Shown here: positions 57,124 through 64,000 of the stretch, one piece after another
Numbering within the stretch: the stretch's first letter is position 1
How the letters are laid out: each line of letters begins with the position of its first letter
Assembly (NCBI GenBank): GCA_021794015.1
Contig: JAJYRQ010000007.1
Span: forward strand, 9,755-73,754
Reading direction: 5' to 3'
From: Deltaproteobacteria bacterium
GTDB taxonomy: Bacteria; Desulfobacterota; Binatia; Binatales; Binataceae
Length of the DNA stretch: 64,000 bases
Position numbers and translations under genes: made by a program
The notes under the pieces: model-generated
Database searches by the model: none
What the model saw: only the letters and a program-made list of their open reading frames with translations
What the model was told of the DNA's origin: nothing

Positions 57124-58119
57124 TCAAATCCGAATCCGCTCAACCTCGTCGAGTGCGACCGCGTCGCGGGTGCGGTCGTAGAGCTTGGTGGTGCGCGGCG
57201 ACTCGTGCGCGGCGATCTGCTGGGCGTGCTCCAGCGTACCGCCGTTTTGCAGGTAGGTGGTGATGCCGGTTGCGCGGAAGGTGTGGCAGCAAGTCGAGTA
57301 GGGCAGCCCGGCCTTTAATGCCCGCCGCTTGATCATTTGCAGGACGTCGATCCGTGTAAGCGGGTTGGCCGCCAGCCGTCCTCCCTTGCGCACCGTCCGG
57401 AACAGCGGCCCCTTGCGCTCGGCCTTAAGCCCGGCTGCGGCGATCCAGGCGTCGATCGCTTCCTCCAGCTTATGATGGCAGGGCACCTCGTGGCGCTTGC
57501 CGCCCTTCTCATGGAGCCGCACCCAGGCGCGCCGGCCCTGGCTGAAGTAGTCCTCGACCCGCATCGCCACGACCGCTCCGACCCGGGCAAAGCTGTAGAC
57601 CATGGTTGCGATCAGCGCCCGGTCGCGAACGCCGATTAACGTATCGGTTTCAATTGAATCGATCAGCCGTCGGGTCTCCTCGGCGCTTAAAACCGGCGTC
57701 TTGCCCCGCTTGATAACGTATTTCGGCCCGCGCACCGAGCCGGCCGGATTGGAACGCAGGATGCCGCCGGTGACCAGGTAGTCAAAAAGCCGGCGAATCG
57801 CCGCCAGGTGTTGCTTGACGGTTGGCTTGGCCGCCCTTTGCTGAAGTCTTTCGACGTAGGCGGCCACCACGGTCGGCCCGATATCGTCCAGACTGAAGCG
57901 GCGCCGATCGCAGAAATCAAAGAACTGCCTTACCGCGCGGGCGTAGGCCAGGCGCGTGTTGCGGTTGCGAATCGCGGCGGCGAAAAACTCGATGAACCGC
58001 CGGCTTGCCTGCTCGCCGCCGGCACGGATCGCCGCCGGCAGGGCCTCCATTCCCGCCCGGACAAGGGCCGGCGGCGGCGCAACCTCGTCCGTCAGAAGAA
58101 TCGGCGCTTTGCCTGACAT
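57124..58119 (-). CDS. tyrosine-type site-specific recombinase/integrase
   Basis: N-terminal SAM-like domain and a C-terminal catalytic box 'HTFRATGITTYLQNGGTLEHAQQIAAHESPRTTKLYDRT' with the R...HxxR...Y signature. Confidence 0.85.
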   Translation of the reverse strand: MSGKAPILLTDEVAPPPALVRAGMEALPAAIRAGGEQASRRFIEFFAAAIRNRNTRLAYARAVRQFFDFCDRRRFSLDDIGPTVVAAYVERLQQRAAKPTVKQHLAAIRRLFDYLVTGGILRSNPAGSVRGPKYVIKRGKTPVLSAEETRRLIDSIETDTLIGVRDRALIATMVYSFARVGAVVAMRVEDYFSQGRRAWVRLHEKGGKRHEVPCHHKLEEAIDAWIAAAGLKAERKGPLFRTVRKGGRLAANPLTRIDVLQMIKRRALKAGLPYSTCCHTFRATGITTYLQNGGTLEHAQQIAAHESPRTTKLYDRTRDAVALDEVERIRI

Positions 58120-58143
58120 TCCGACTTCCAGCCATTCTGGCAG

Positions 58144-58506
58144 ATGATGGAAGCGTTGGCCAACAAGGTGGGCCGGCGCGCAACGGTCGTGTTGCCGGCG
58201 AAGCTGCGCCGCCGCCTCGGTATCGAAGAGGGGTCCTTCGTGGTCACCGAAGAGCGCGAGGATGGGATACTGATCCGCCCGGCTGCCGTGCTACCGGTCG
58301 AAGTCTATACAGCCGAGCGCAGGGCTGAGTCCCTGCTTAACAACGCGCTCGATGCTGAGGATTACCCGCGTGCACGCGCCGAAGTGAAGCGGCTGGGGCT
58401 GGATCCCGACCGCACCAAGCACCGCCGGCCCCAGGCGGCCAAGCCGCGAAGCCGGCAAAATCAAGCCGGCGCTGCGGGTAGGGCAGGGCGCCGGCGCCCT
58501 GGGTAA
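58144..58506 (+). CDS. AbrB/MazE/SpoVT-family antitoxin-like protein (orphan)
   Basis: 'RRATVVLPAKLRRRLGIEEGSFVVTEEREDGILIRP' is a swapped-hairpin AbrB fold. No cognate toxin ORF is adjacent. Confidence 0.5.
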   Translation: MMEALANKVGRRATVVLPAKLRRRLGIEEGSFVVTEEREDGILIRPAAVLPVEVYTAERRAESLLNNALDAEDYPRARAEVKRLGLDPDRTKHRRPQAAKPRSRQNQAGAAGRAGRRRPG

Positions 58507-58678
58507 TCTTCCGAGGCAGGTAGACGCGACAAGCAATGGAAGAAGGGGAAGGCCGCCGGAGAACGGCCGGCCTCGCGCAGATTCCATAAAAGCGCTTGCG
58601 TCCATCAATCCTGGCGTCCGGAAAGCCGGAAAATCGGTCGTGAACGACTTACATCCAGCCACCACTTGTTGCGTACTA

Positions 58679-58703
58679 CATGCTGTGATACATCTTAAGC
58701 ATG
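58679..58703 (+). promoter_or_regulatory. inverted repeat CATGCT-N13-AGCATG spanning the start of the RHH antitoxin gene, a candidate autoregulatory operator
   Basis: Perfect 6-bp arms at 58679-58684 and 58698-58703. The -35-like TTGCGT lies at 58669-58674. Confidence 0.3.
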
Positions 58704-58997
58704 AGCGCGTTGAGCATCAGAGTCGATCCGGAAACCGCAGCTTTTCTTGAGTGCGCGGCGCGCCAAACCGGTCGCACCAAGTCCGAACTCGTTCGCCAAG
58801 CGCTCGAGGCCCTGCGTAACCAGGAGGCTCAGCCGGTCATGCGGCCGGCCGCGGCGATGACTGGCCTGATCGGATGTTGGGACAGCGGCGGCATGCGGCT
58901 TTCCGAGCGCACGGGTGCGCGCTTCGCCCAGATGCTACAAAAGCAAAGACATGAGCACCGTACTGGTCGACGCCGGCCCGCTCGTCGCGCTGATTGA
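58701..58997 (+). CDS. ribbon-helix-helix (CopG-like) antitoxin
   Basis: 'LSIRVDPETAAFLECAARQTGRTKSELVRQALEAL'. Confidence 0.6.
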   Translation: MSALSIRVDPETAAFLECAARQTGRTKSELVRQALEALRNQEAQPVMRPAAAMTGLIGCWDSGGMRLSERTGARFAQMLQKQRHEHRTGRRRPARRAD

Positions 58998-59361
58998 TCG
59001 CAGCGATCCCTATCACGACGCCTGTCGAGAAGCTCTGAGGGAGATCGACGACCCGCTCGGCACCGTGTGGCCCGCTTTTACGGAAGCGATGTATTTGCTC
59101 AGATCATCCGCGCAGGCGCAGCGTGCGTTGTGGGACATGATCAATGTGGGCGCGGTGCGCTTCATGCCTCTCGGGAGCGACGACTGTCCCCGCATCCGTG
59201 AGCTAATGTGGAAATATCGCGATTTGCCGATGGACCTCGCGGACGCCGCTTTGGTCCGGTTGGCTGAACGTGAACGCCTGCGGCGCATTTTCACCGTGGA
59301 CCGTCAAGACTTCGAGGTTTACAGGCCGCATCGGCTCGGCCGTTTCGAGATTATTCCTTGA
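58951..59361 (+). CDS. vapC: PIN-domain toxin VapC
   Basis: 'MSTVLVDAGPLVALIDRSDPYH...DLADAALVRLAERERLRRIFTVDRQDF' PIN acidic residues. The internal ATG at 58951 is preferred to the ORF-track start at 58915. Confidence 0.7.
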   Translation: MSTVLVDAGPLVALIDRSDPYHDACREALREIDDPLGTVWPAFTEAMYLLRSSAQAQRALWDMINVGAVRFMPLGSDDCPRIRELMWKYRDLPMDLADAALVRLAERERLRRIFTVDRQDFEVYRPHRLGRFEIIP

Positions 59362-59402
59362 GCTTTCCCCGCCCGGGACAGGCGCTCAGCACACCGGCGC
59401 CT

Positions 59403-59882
59403 CGCTTTCTCCTGGACCGGATATTTCTCGACGCCAACGTACTGTCTTCGGCCGCATACCTGAAGAATTCCCGGCTGGGCCGGCTCTGACGGCTTGAAGA
59501 TGCCGAGCTTCTGAGCTCGGCCTTCGCCGTCGAGCAAGCGCGACGCAACCTGGCCTTGGACCGTCGCGCGGCGCTGGCCCGCCTTGAACGGCTGACCCTT
59601 GCGCTGAAACTGCTCAACCCGCCGCGCGACCTCAAGCTGCCGGCAGGCGTCCGGCTTGACTTCAACGATCAGCCGATCCTGCTGGCCGCGATCCACGGCA
59701 AGGCTGATTTTCTGCTGACCGGCGACGGCCGCCACTTCGGCCATCTTTTCGGCAAGCGCATCGAGGGCGCGATGGTGTTGCGGCCGGCGCAGTACTTCCA
59801 GCGCCGGGGGCGCCGCCGCTTTCCCGCCCGGAACCACCGCCTCGCCGACCATGGGCAAGCATTGGACTTAGTCCGAGGCTAA
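59403..59882 (+). pseudogene. PIN-domain toxin-like gene interrupted by an in-frame TGA at 59487-59489
   Basis: Frame 0 reads 'LDRIFLDANVLSSAAYLKNSRLGRL*RLEDAELLSSAF...DFNDQPILLAAIHGKADFLLTGDGRHFGHL', so the N- and C-terminal PIN motifs are separated by a single TGA. There is no ATG at the 5' end. Confidence 0.45.
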
Positions 59883-59886
59883 GTCT

Positions 59887-60135
59887 ATGATCAGCGACAT
59901 GAGCCGAGCGGTCAACGTACACGAAGCCAAAACGCGCTTCTCGAAGCTGCTCAAGCGCGTCGAACTCGGCGAAGAGGTGGTAATTGCCAAAGCCGGCCGC
60001 CCGGTGGCGCGCCTGGTTCCGTTTGTACTTGCCGGAGCCTTGCGGCGGCCCGGTACCGCCAAAGGTCGAATCACGGTTGCGCCTGACTTCGACGCGCCGC
60101 TCTCCGAAGAACTCGCAAGCGCCTTCCTCGGGTGA
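59887..60135 (+). CDS. Phd/YefM-family antitoxin (VapB-type)
   Basis: 'RAVNVHEAKTRFSKLLKRVELGEEVVIAKAGRPVARLVPF'. Its stop overlaps the vapC GTG as GTGA. Confidence 0.7.
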   Translation: MISDMSRAVNVHEAKTRFSKLLKRVELGEEVVIAKAGRPVARLVPFVLAGALRRPGTAKGRITVAPDFDAPLSEELASAFLG

Positions 60136-60518
60136 AGCTTCTGCTCGACACGCACGCCTTTCTTTGGTGGGTTAGCGACAATCCCAAGCTCTCGCCTCGC
60201 GCGCGCCGGCTAATCGCCGCCGGCACAAACCAAGTCTTCTTCAGCGCCGCCAGCGCCTGGGAAATAGCAATCAATACGGGCCTGGGCCGGCTAACAGTGG
60301 CCGGCGACCTGCAAGAGTTTATGCTCGAGCAGCTAAGGCTCAACGGCTTCGAGGTGCTGCCAATCCACCTCAAGCATGCGCTCTTAACCCACCGGCTGCC
60401 GCCACACCACAGCGACCCGTTTGACCGGATGCTGGTTGCCCAAGCGATGGCTGAGGGCTTGGCGATCCTGAGCGCCGATCCGGCGCTTGGCCGCTACCGG
60501 GTGCGCGTGGTCTGGTGA
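60132..60518 (+). CDS. vapC: PIN-domain toxin VapC
   Basis: 'KLLLDTHAFLWW...SAASAWEIAIN...SDPFDRMLVAQAMAEGLAILSADPAL'. Confidence 0.8.
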   Translation: MKLLLDTHAFLWWVSDNPKLSPRARRLIAAGTNQVFFSAASAWEIAINTGLGRLTVAGDLQEFMLEQLRLNGFEVLPIHLKHALLTHRLPPHHSDPFDRMLVAQAMAEGLAILSADPALGRYRVRVVW

Positions 60519-60519
60519 G

Positions 60520-61620
60520 CGGGCGGATCGCACCACCATCGAGGAGCAAAGCGCGGGCTTCGCCAGGCAGCTTCCAGCGCAGAGGCCGGCAATCGACTCA
60601 ACCACCGCTTCCGCGCCGCAGGCGGCGCCGTCATTATTGCTAATTGCATATTGCAGTGACAGAGTCGTCCTGAGCCGGCTCGTTTGGTGCGTGATTCTCG
60701 GCTGCAGTTGCCACGCGGAGAATCGTAACGTTTCGCCCGCGCTGCGGCAGCATAACCCGGGATTCCCCTCGGCAGGGACACGCGTCGCGCATCCCCGCAT
60801 TGCACTCCCGCTGGCCGGGCAAGCTGTCGTGCGGCGAGCACCGCGCGGGGGAGTGACAGCAGTGGGGCGCGCACCTCCTTTTCCTGATTCCTCTCCCCCG
60901 CCGGGGGAGAGGATCAAGGAGAGGGGGGCGCACCGCGCAAGCGGAGTCGAAGGCAGAAGGGGGGCGCACCCAGAGGCTCGAGGTGGCGCCAGCGGCCCCC
61001 CTCACCCTTCCCTCTCCCCCCAAGGGGAGAGGGAGACAAGAACGAGCACCGCGCGCGGGAATGACGGCAGTGGGGCGCGCGGCTCCTACTTGTCACCCCC
61101 GCGCTCCCTTCTCCCTGTCACCCTGAGCGAAGCGAAGGGCCTACGCGAAGCGATTTGTCCTCCAGCGGCGTGGCGAACCCACCTGCCTGCGCCGACGCGC
61201 CAGGCAGGTCGCTGCGCGTAGATTCTTCGCTCCGCAGACCGCGCTCAGAATGACATCCGCGGTCGACGGTCACCGGTGAGGCTGCCTCCAGCACGAGCAG
61301 GGCTGCCCTGCAGCGAGCGCCGCGCGGAAATGACGGCAGTGGGGCGTCCGGCTGCTGCTTGTCACCCCCGCGCGTGGCCGTTGCATCGCGGCAGGGACAC
61401 GCGTCGCGCATCCCCTTTTCCTGATTCCTCTCCCCCGCCGGGGGAGAGGATCAAGGAGAGGGGGGACGCTCCGCGCAAGCGCAGTCGAAGGAAGAGGGGG
61501 GACGCACCGCGCGCGAGGGGTCCCGGGCCCACGGCGCCACGCCATCGCGTGCCGCCTGGCTCGTGTGCCGACCAGCGCGGCGTTACGCTCCCGCTGGCCG
61601 TGCCGCACCCGAGGTGCTCG
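60520..61620. repeat. non-coding block of mosaic direct repeats and GC-rich hairpins
   Basis: A 26-nt exact direct repeat (GGCAGGGACACGCGTCGCGCATCCCC) lies at 60771-60796 and 61390-61415. A 52-nt exact repeat lies at 60877-60928 and 61414-61465 and extends to about 95 nt at roughly 90% identity. Three copies of a CGCGCGG..ATGAC.GCAGTGGGGCG unit lie at 60843, 61053 and 61320. Hairpins CTCTCCCCC-gcc-GGGGGAGAG and CCCTCTCCCC-caa-GGGGAGAGGG are present. Confidence 0.7.
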
Positions 61621-61751
61621 ACCAGGTGATCGAAGGACTCAACGAGAACATCGGGCGAGCCAAGCCGCTGTTCGGGCCTGATTTATCCATCATAAAGGAC
61701 ATTATGATAGGAAAAAAAGGAAGGCGCGCCGAGTCCTAAACGATCGCGCGA

Positions 61752-63569
61752 TTAGACTCCCCACAGCCGTTCCCGACAGAACGCTTCGGCCTGAGAGAAT
61801 CTGCGTATCGATCCGCCAAAGAGGCCTGCCCGGAGTGCCGGCCATTCCTCTTTCGCCTCTGCGGCCTCTCGGACGATCTCAACCCATGTCTCCTTAGCTT
61901 GCCACGCGAAGCGCCCTGGTAGCGTTATCGGCCAGTCAGGGGCAACATCCCTATGGACGAGCGTGAGGAAGCACTCGAAGCGGTGGAAGCATGCGTCATA
62001 TTGAGCGTCCTCAGGCAGCAGGTCCTGAAATGATTCACGGAGTGCGGCGTGAATGTGCTGGCTGAATGGTGTCGGCTTGGAATGGAGAACACCCTTAACC
62101 CCTGGCAGGTTGACCGCCAAGCGCTCATCGAGAATCATTCCCGTATTCACTAGCCGGATCAATGGAAGTTCGCCCGCTACGGAGCGCACCTTAATTTGCG
62201 GGGAAAGCAACGCCGCGAGCGCCTCGTACCCTGGCGCCGCCACCGCTGCAACTCCTCCAGCGTATAAAACGAGCAATGCCGGGTACCACCTGAAGTTGAA
62301 CCACTCCCCATCGCCAAAATGCGTTACCGGAGGGTTCGCGATCCGCCTGAGGCACCCAGCCCAATATGCCGCATGCTTCGGCGCACCCCAACGGCATCCC
62401 GTCAGAACAATGGCGCGAAGACGCCCGGTGAGCGACTCGTACTCTTTAAGCCGACCGGCAATTTCCGGAACCCTAAACGGCACGCCCAGAACGGGAAACC
62501 GAGCGTCGGTAAGCTTGGTGTGAACCGTCTCGGTTTCGCCAATGACAAGCTTGTGAAGTTCGATCCTATGTATGTCGTCGACCAGATATTTCTGCAACCG
62601 ATCGATGACATCAGCGGTCGCGGGCACTTTGGGCGCTTCGGTGTTCGGAAGCTCGACTAGCTCTGTGCTCTCTTCCGGCGCAATCGCGCGTACTAACTCC
62701 GCTATGACGTATTCGAGACCCCTTGCAGAGGATACAGCCACCCGGTCTGCCAATGTTGGCGAGTAGGCTCTTATCTCATTTGGGCCAATTTCATGCCATA
62801 CCGGCAGTAAGACTTTCGCCCCGCCAACTTCGCGCGCAACCAATCCGTCCAATTCCTTTTGAGGCCAGTTCTTCTGCAAAAAACTTGGGCTAATTACCAC
62901 CACGCCGAACTTGGAGCGTGCCAAACCCCGATCAATTGACTGGCGCAAGCTGTCTCCTACCCTAAGTGTGGCTTCATCGAACCACACCCTGAGCCCGCGC
63001 TCCTGTAGCCCTTTAGCCAGCGGACGCACAAAAGCCTCCTTGTCTTCGCTCGCGTGGCTCACGAACACCTCCCACTCTGCGTAGGGTGTCCCTTGGCCTC
63101 GCGGAATGACAGGCTCTTTGGGCAGAGCCTCCCAGAGAATATCACTGGGTTCACAGTCGACGGCTCCGGCAAGGTTCTTCACCTTTTCGACGCCGTCGGC
63201 GAGCGAACTTACCGCTCCCTCCGGCCAACCATCTTGGGCTGTTTTCGCACACTCCTGTTGACGCCTCTGCGTCACAAACATCAGCGCAGCCTTCACATAT
63301 CGCAGGTTCCCTACCGAGATCCCCCTGACGACGATCCCCTGGGCGTTCGCCTCGCCTAGTTGTTGCTCCCCAAATTCGAGTAGCTGGGTCAGGTCAGCGA
63401 CTTCGTGTTCATATGGTGGGTATGTCGCACCATGTTCGATCGCGCGCTGGTTCCACGCCTTGAGCTCGTCGCAAAGAAGACGCAGCCCTTCCTGGACAAC
63501 TTGGTAACGCATGCGCGAAAGCCTGAAATCTCCGGTAAGCGTCGAGTCAAACTCATAGTGATAGCCCAT
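61752..63569 (-). CDS. 605-aa protein with a central TIR domain flanked by unassigned N-terminal (about 160 aa) and C-terminal (about 300 aa) regions
   Basis: 'EVFVSHASEDKEAFVRPLAKGLQERGLRVWFDEATLRVGDSLRQSIDRGLARSKFGVVVISPSFLQKNWPQKELDGLVAR...VLLPVWH' matches a bacterial TIR pattern: the FISHASEDK-type betaA strand, the VW.D...L.VGDSL loop and the W..KEL helix with a conserved Glu. GAGGTGA Shine-Dalgarno 7 nt before the ATG. The gene is lower in GC than its neighbours. Confidence 0.8.
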   Translation of the reverse strand: MGYHYEFDSTLTGDFRLSRMRYQVVQEGLRLLCDELKAWNQRAIEHGATYPPYEHEVADLTQLLEFGEQQLGEANAQGIVVRGISVGNLRYVKAALMFVTQRRQQECAKTAQDGWPEGAVSSLADGVEKVKNLAGAVDCEPSDILWEALPKEPVIPRGQGTPYAEWEVFVSHASEDKEAFVRPLAKGLQERGLRVWFDEATLRVGDSLRQSIDRGLARSKFGVVVISPSFLQKNWPQKELDGLVAREVGGAKVLLPVWHEIGPNEIRAYSPTLADRVAVSSARGLEYVIAELVRAIAPEESTELVELPNTEAPKVPATADVIDRLQKYLVDDIHRIELHKLVIGETETVHTKLTDARFPVLGVPFRVPEIAGRLKEYESLTGRLRAIVLTGCRWGAPKHAAYWAGCLRRIANPPVTHFGDGEWFNFRWYPALLVLYAGGVAAVAAPGYEALAALLSPQIKVRSVAGELPLIRLVNTGMILDERLAVNLPGVKGVLHSKPTPFSQHIHAALRESFQDLLPEDAQYDACFHRFECFLTLVHRDVAPDWPITLPGRFAWQAKETWVEIVREAAEAKEEWPALRAGLFGGSIRRFSQAEAFCRERLWGV

Positions 63570-63658
63570 CCTGCGTCACCTCGACTGGCATAAGTAAACT
63601 GTTTCTCTGCTGCTTCCGAGCGTGAGCGGTGCAATCGACTTACGGCTTACCGGTTTTC

Positions 63659-63964
63659 CTACGCTGCACGTAGGCGAACGCGCCGGTTCCCAAAGCTAGC
63701 GACGACTTCGATCTCGCCTCCGAGAGCGGCCACGTACCGCTGCAATGTGGACAGTCGGTAGTCTGTCCGGCTTTCGAGCCGCGATATTTCCGACTGCGCC
63801 TTCCTCAGGGCTTCCGCCAGCTCCTCCTGCGTCTTTCCGGCAGCCTCGCGCAATTCCCTGAGGTCCATTTCGAGCAGTTGATCCGCTACGGCGCGGTCGA
63901 TCTCTTTGAGCTTCTTGGGCGAAAACTTCCGTGCCCGGACGTCGCGCCACGGCTTGGTCCTCAT
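63659..63964 (-). CDS. XRE-family HTH protein, HigA-type antitoxin-like
   Basis: 'WRDVRARKFSPKKLKEIDRAVADQLLEMDLRELREAAGKTQEELAEALRKAQSEISRLESRTDYRLSTLQRYVAALGGEIEV' is a HigA-like HTH. Its ATG overlaps a TGA of an upstream ORF as ATGA. Confidence 0.7.
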   Translation of the reverse strand: MRTKPWRDVRARKFSPKKLKEIDRAVADQLLEMDLRELREAAGKTQEELAEALRKAQSEISRLESRTDYRLSTLQRYVAALGGEIEVVASFGNRRVRLRAA

Positions 63965-64000
63965 TTTCTCTTCTCCTCTCTTGCCAGATCGGCCAAGTAG
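63961..64000 (-). CDS. 3' end of an upstream minus-strand ORF running off the window (possible HigB/RelE-type toxin partner)
   Basis: The frame is open from the window edge ('...YLADLAREEKRK*') and ends in an ATGA overlap with the XRE start. Its identity cannot be determined from 13 codons. Confidence 0.25.
   Translation of the reverse strand, partial: YLADLAREEKRK

Larger units (their letters stand above)
57124..64000. mobile_element. putative integrase-associated genomic island carrying TA modules, repeats and a TIR gene; the right end lies beyond the window
   Basis: The integrase abuts housekeeping genes. Downstream genes are small and TA-dense, and composition becomes visibly less GC-rich, especially 61.6-63.6 kb. 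Confidence 0.5.

Noticed and set aside
59487-59489. TGA as selenocysteine or programmed read-through in the PIN gene
   Set aside because: No SECIS-like hairpin follows, and PIN toxins are not selenoproteins. A pseudogene or a sequencing error is simpler.
60520-61620. Possible CRISPR array or integron attC array in the repeat block
   Set aside because: The repeats are not regularly spaced and no uniform spacers exist. The integrase also lacks the extra IntI-specific insertion upstream of its HxxR box, so an integron is unlikely. The block is called a mosaic REP/MITE-like region instead.
60487-61629. Six-frame ORFs of 97-244 aa spanning the repeat block (for example 60487..61221 + and 61270..61608 -)
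   Set aside because: Their translations are low-complexity echoes of the repeats (PPPGERIKERG repeated), with no start context or domain.

Overview
This is a high-GC (roughly two-thirds G+C by eye) bacterial chromosomal segment. All protein calls below were made by eye from motifs, without a database search. Antisense ORFs in the six-frame track are treated as GC artefacts.

- **1-4.4 kb:** the 3' end of a fused LivG/LivF-type double ABC ATPase, two membrane proteins (MgtC/DUF4010-like and FUSC-like) and gloB.
- **4.5-35.2 kb, minus strand:** one very large flagellar locus. Reading in the direction of transcription it runs: an AAA+ sigma-54-type regulator that appears to lack the GAFTGA loop, then motA, motB, a short fliM, fliN, fliG, an SLT-domain lytic transglycosylase, flgB, flgC, fliE, fliF, fliH, fliI, fliJ, fliK, flgD, flgE, fliL, fliP, fliQ, fliR, flhB, flhA, fliA, flgF, flgG, flgA, flgH, flgI, a rod-binding-only flgJ, flgM, flgN, flgK and flgL. 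Most junctions are 4-nt ATGA/GTGA overlaps. An additional FliM-like/FliN-like pair lies upstream of the regulator.
- **35.5-41.9 kb, plus strand:** a flagellin with a Thr/Ser-rich middle, fliD, a TPR + GT41-like (FlmG-like) glycosyltransferase, a SAM methyltransferase and a FliS-like protein.
- **42-57 kb:** two Hsp20 genes, a lipoprotein, 3-hydroxyacyl-CoA dehydrogenase, thiolase, a phasin-like ORF, phaC, an MBL hydrolase, a CMD-family protein, livFGMHK and two dehydrogenases.
- **57.1-64.0 kb:** a lower-GC integrase-associated island. It holds a tyrosine integrase, an AbrB-type orphan antitoxin, an RHH-VapC pair, a PIN gene with an in-frame TGA, a Phd-VapC pair, about 1.1 kb of palindromic direct repeats, and a 605-aa protein with a central TIR domain flanked by domains I cannot assign. 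A HigA-like XRE gene follows, whose upstream partner runs off the window.

The TIR protein is the strongest candidate for a new defence component; I could not match its flanking domains to any family by eye.
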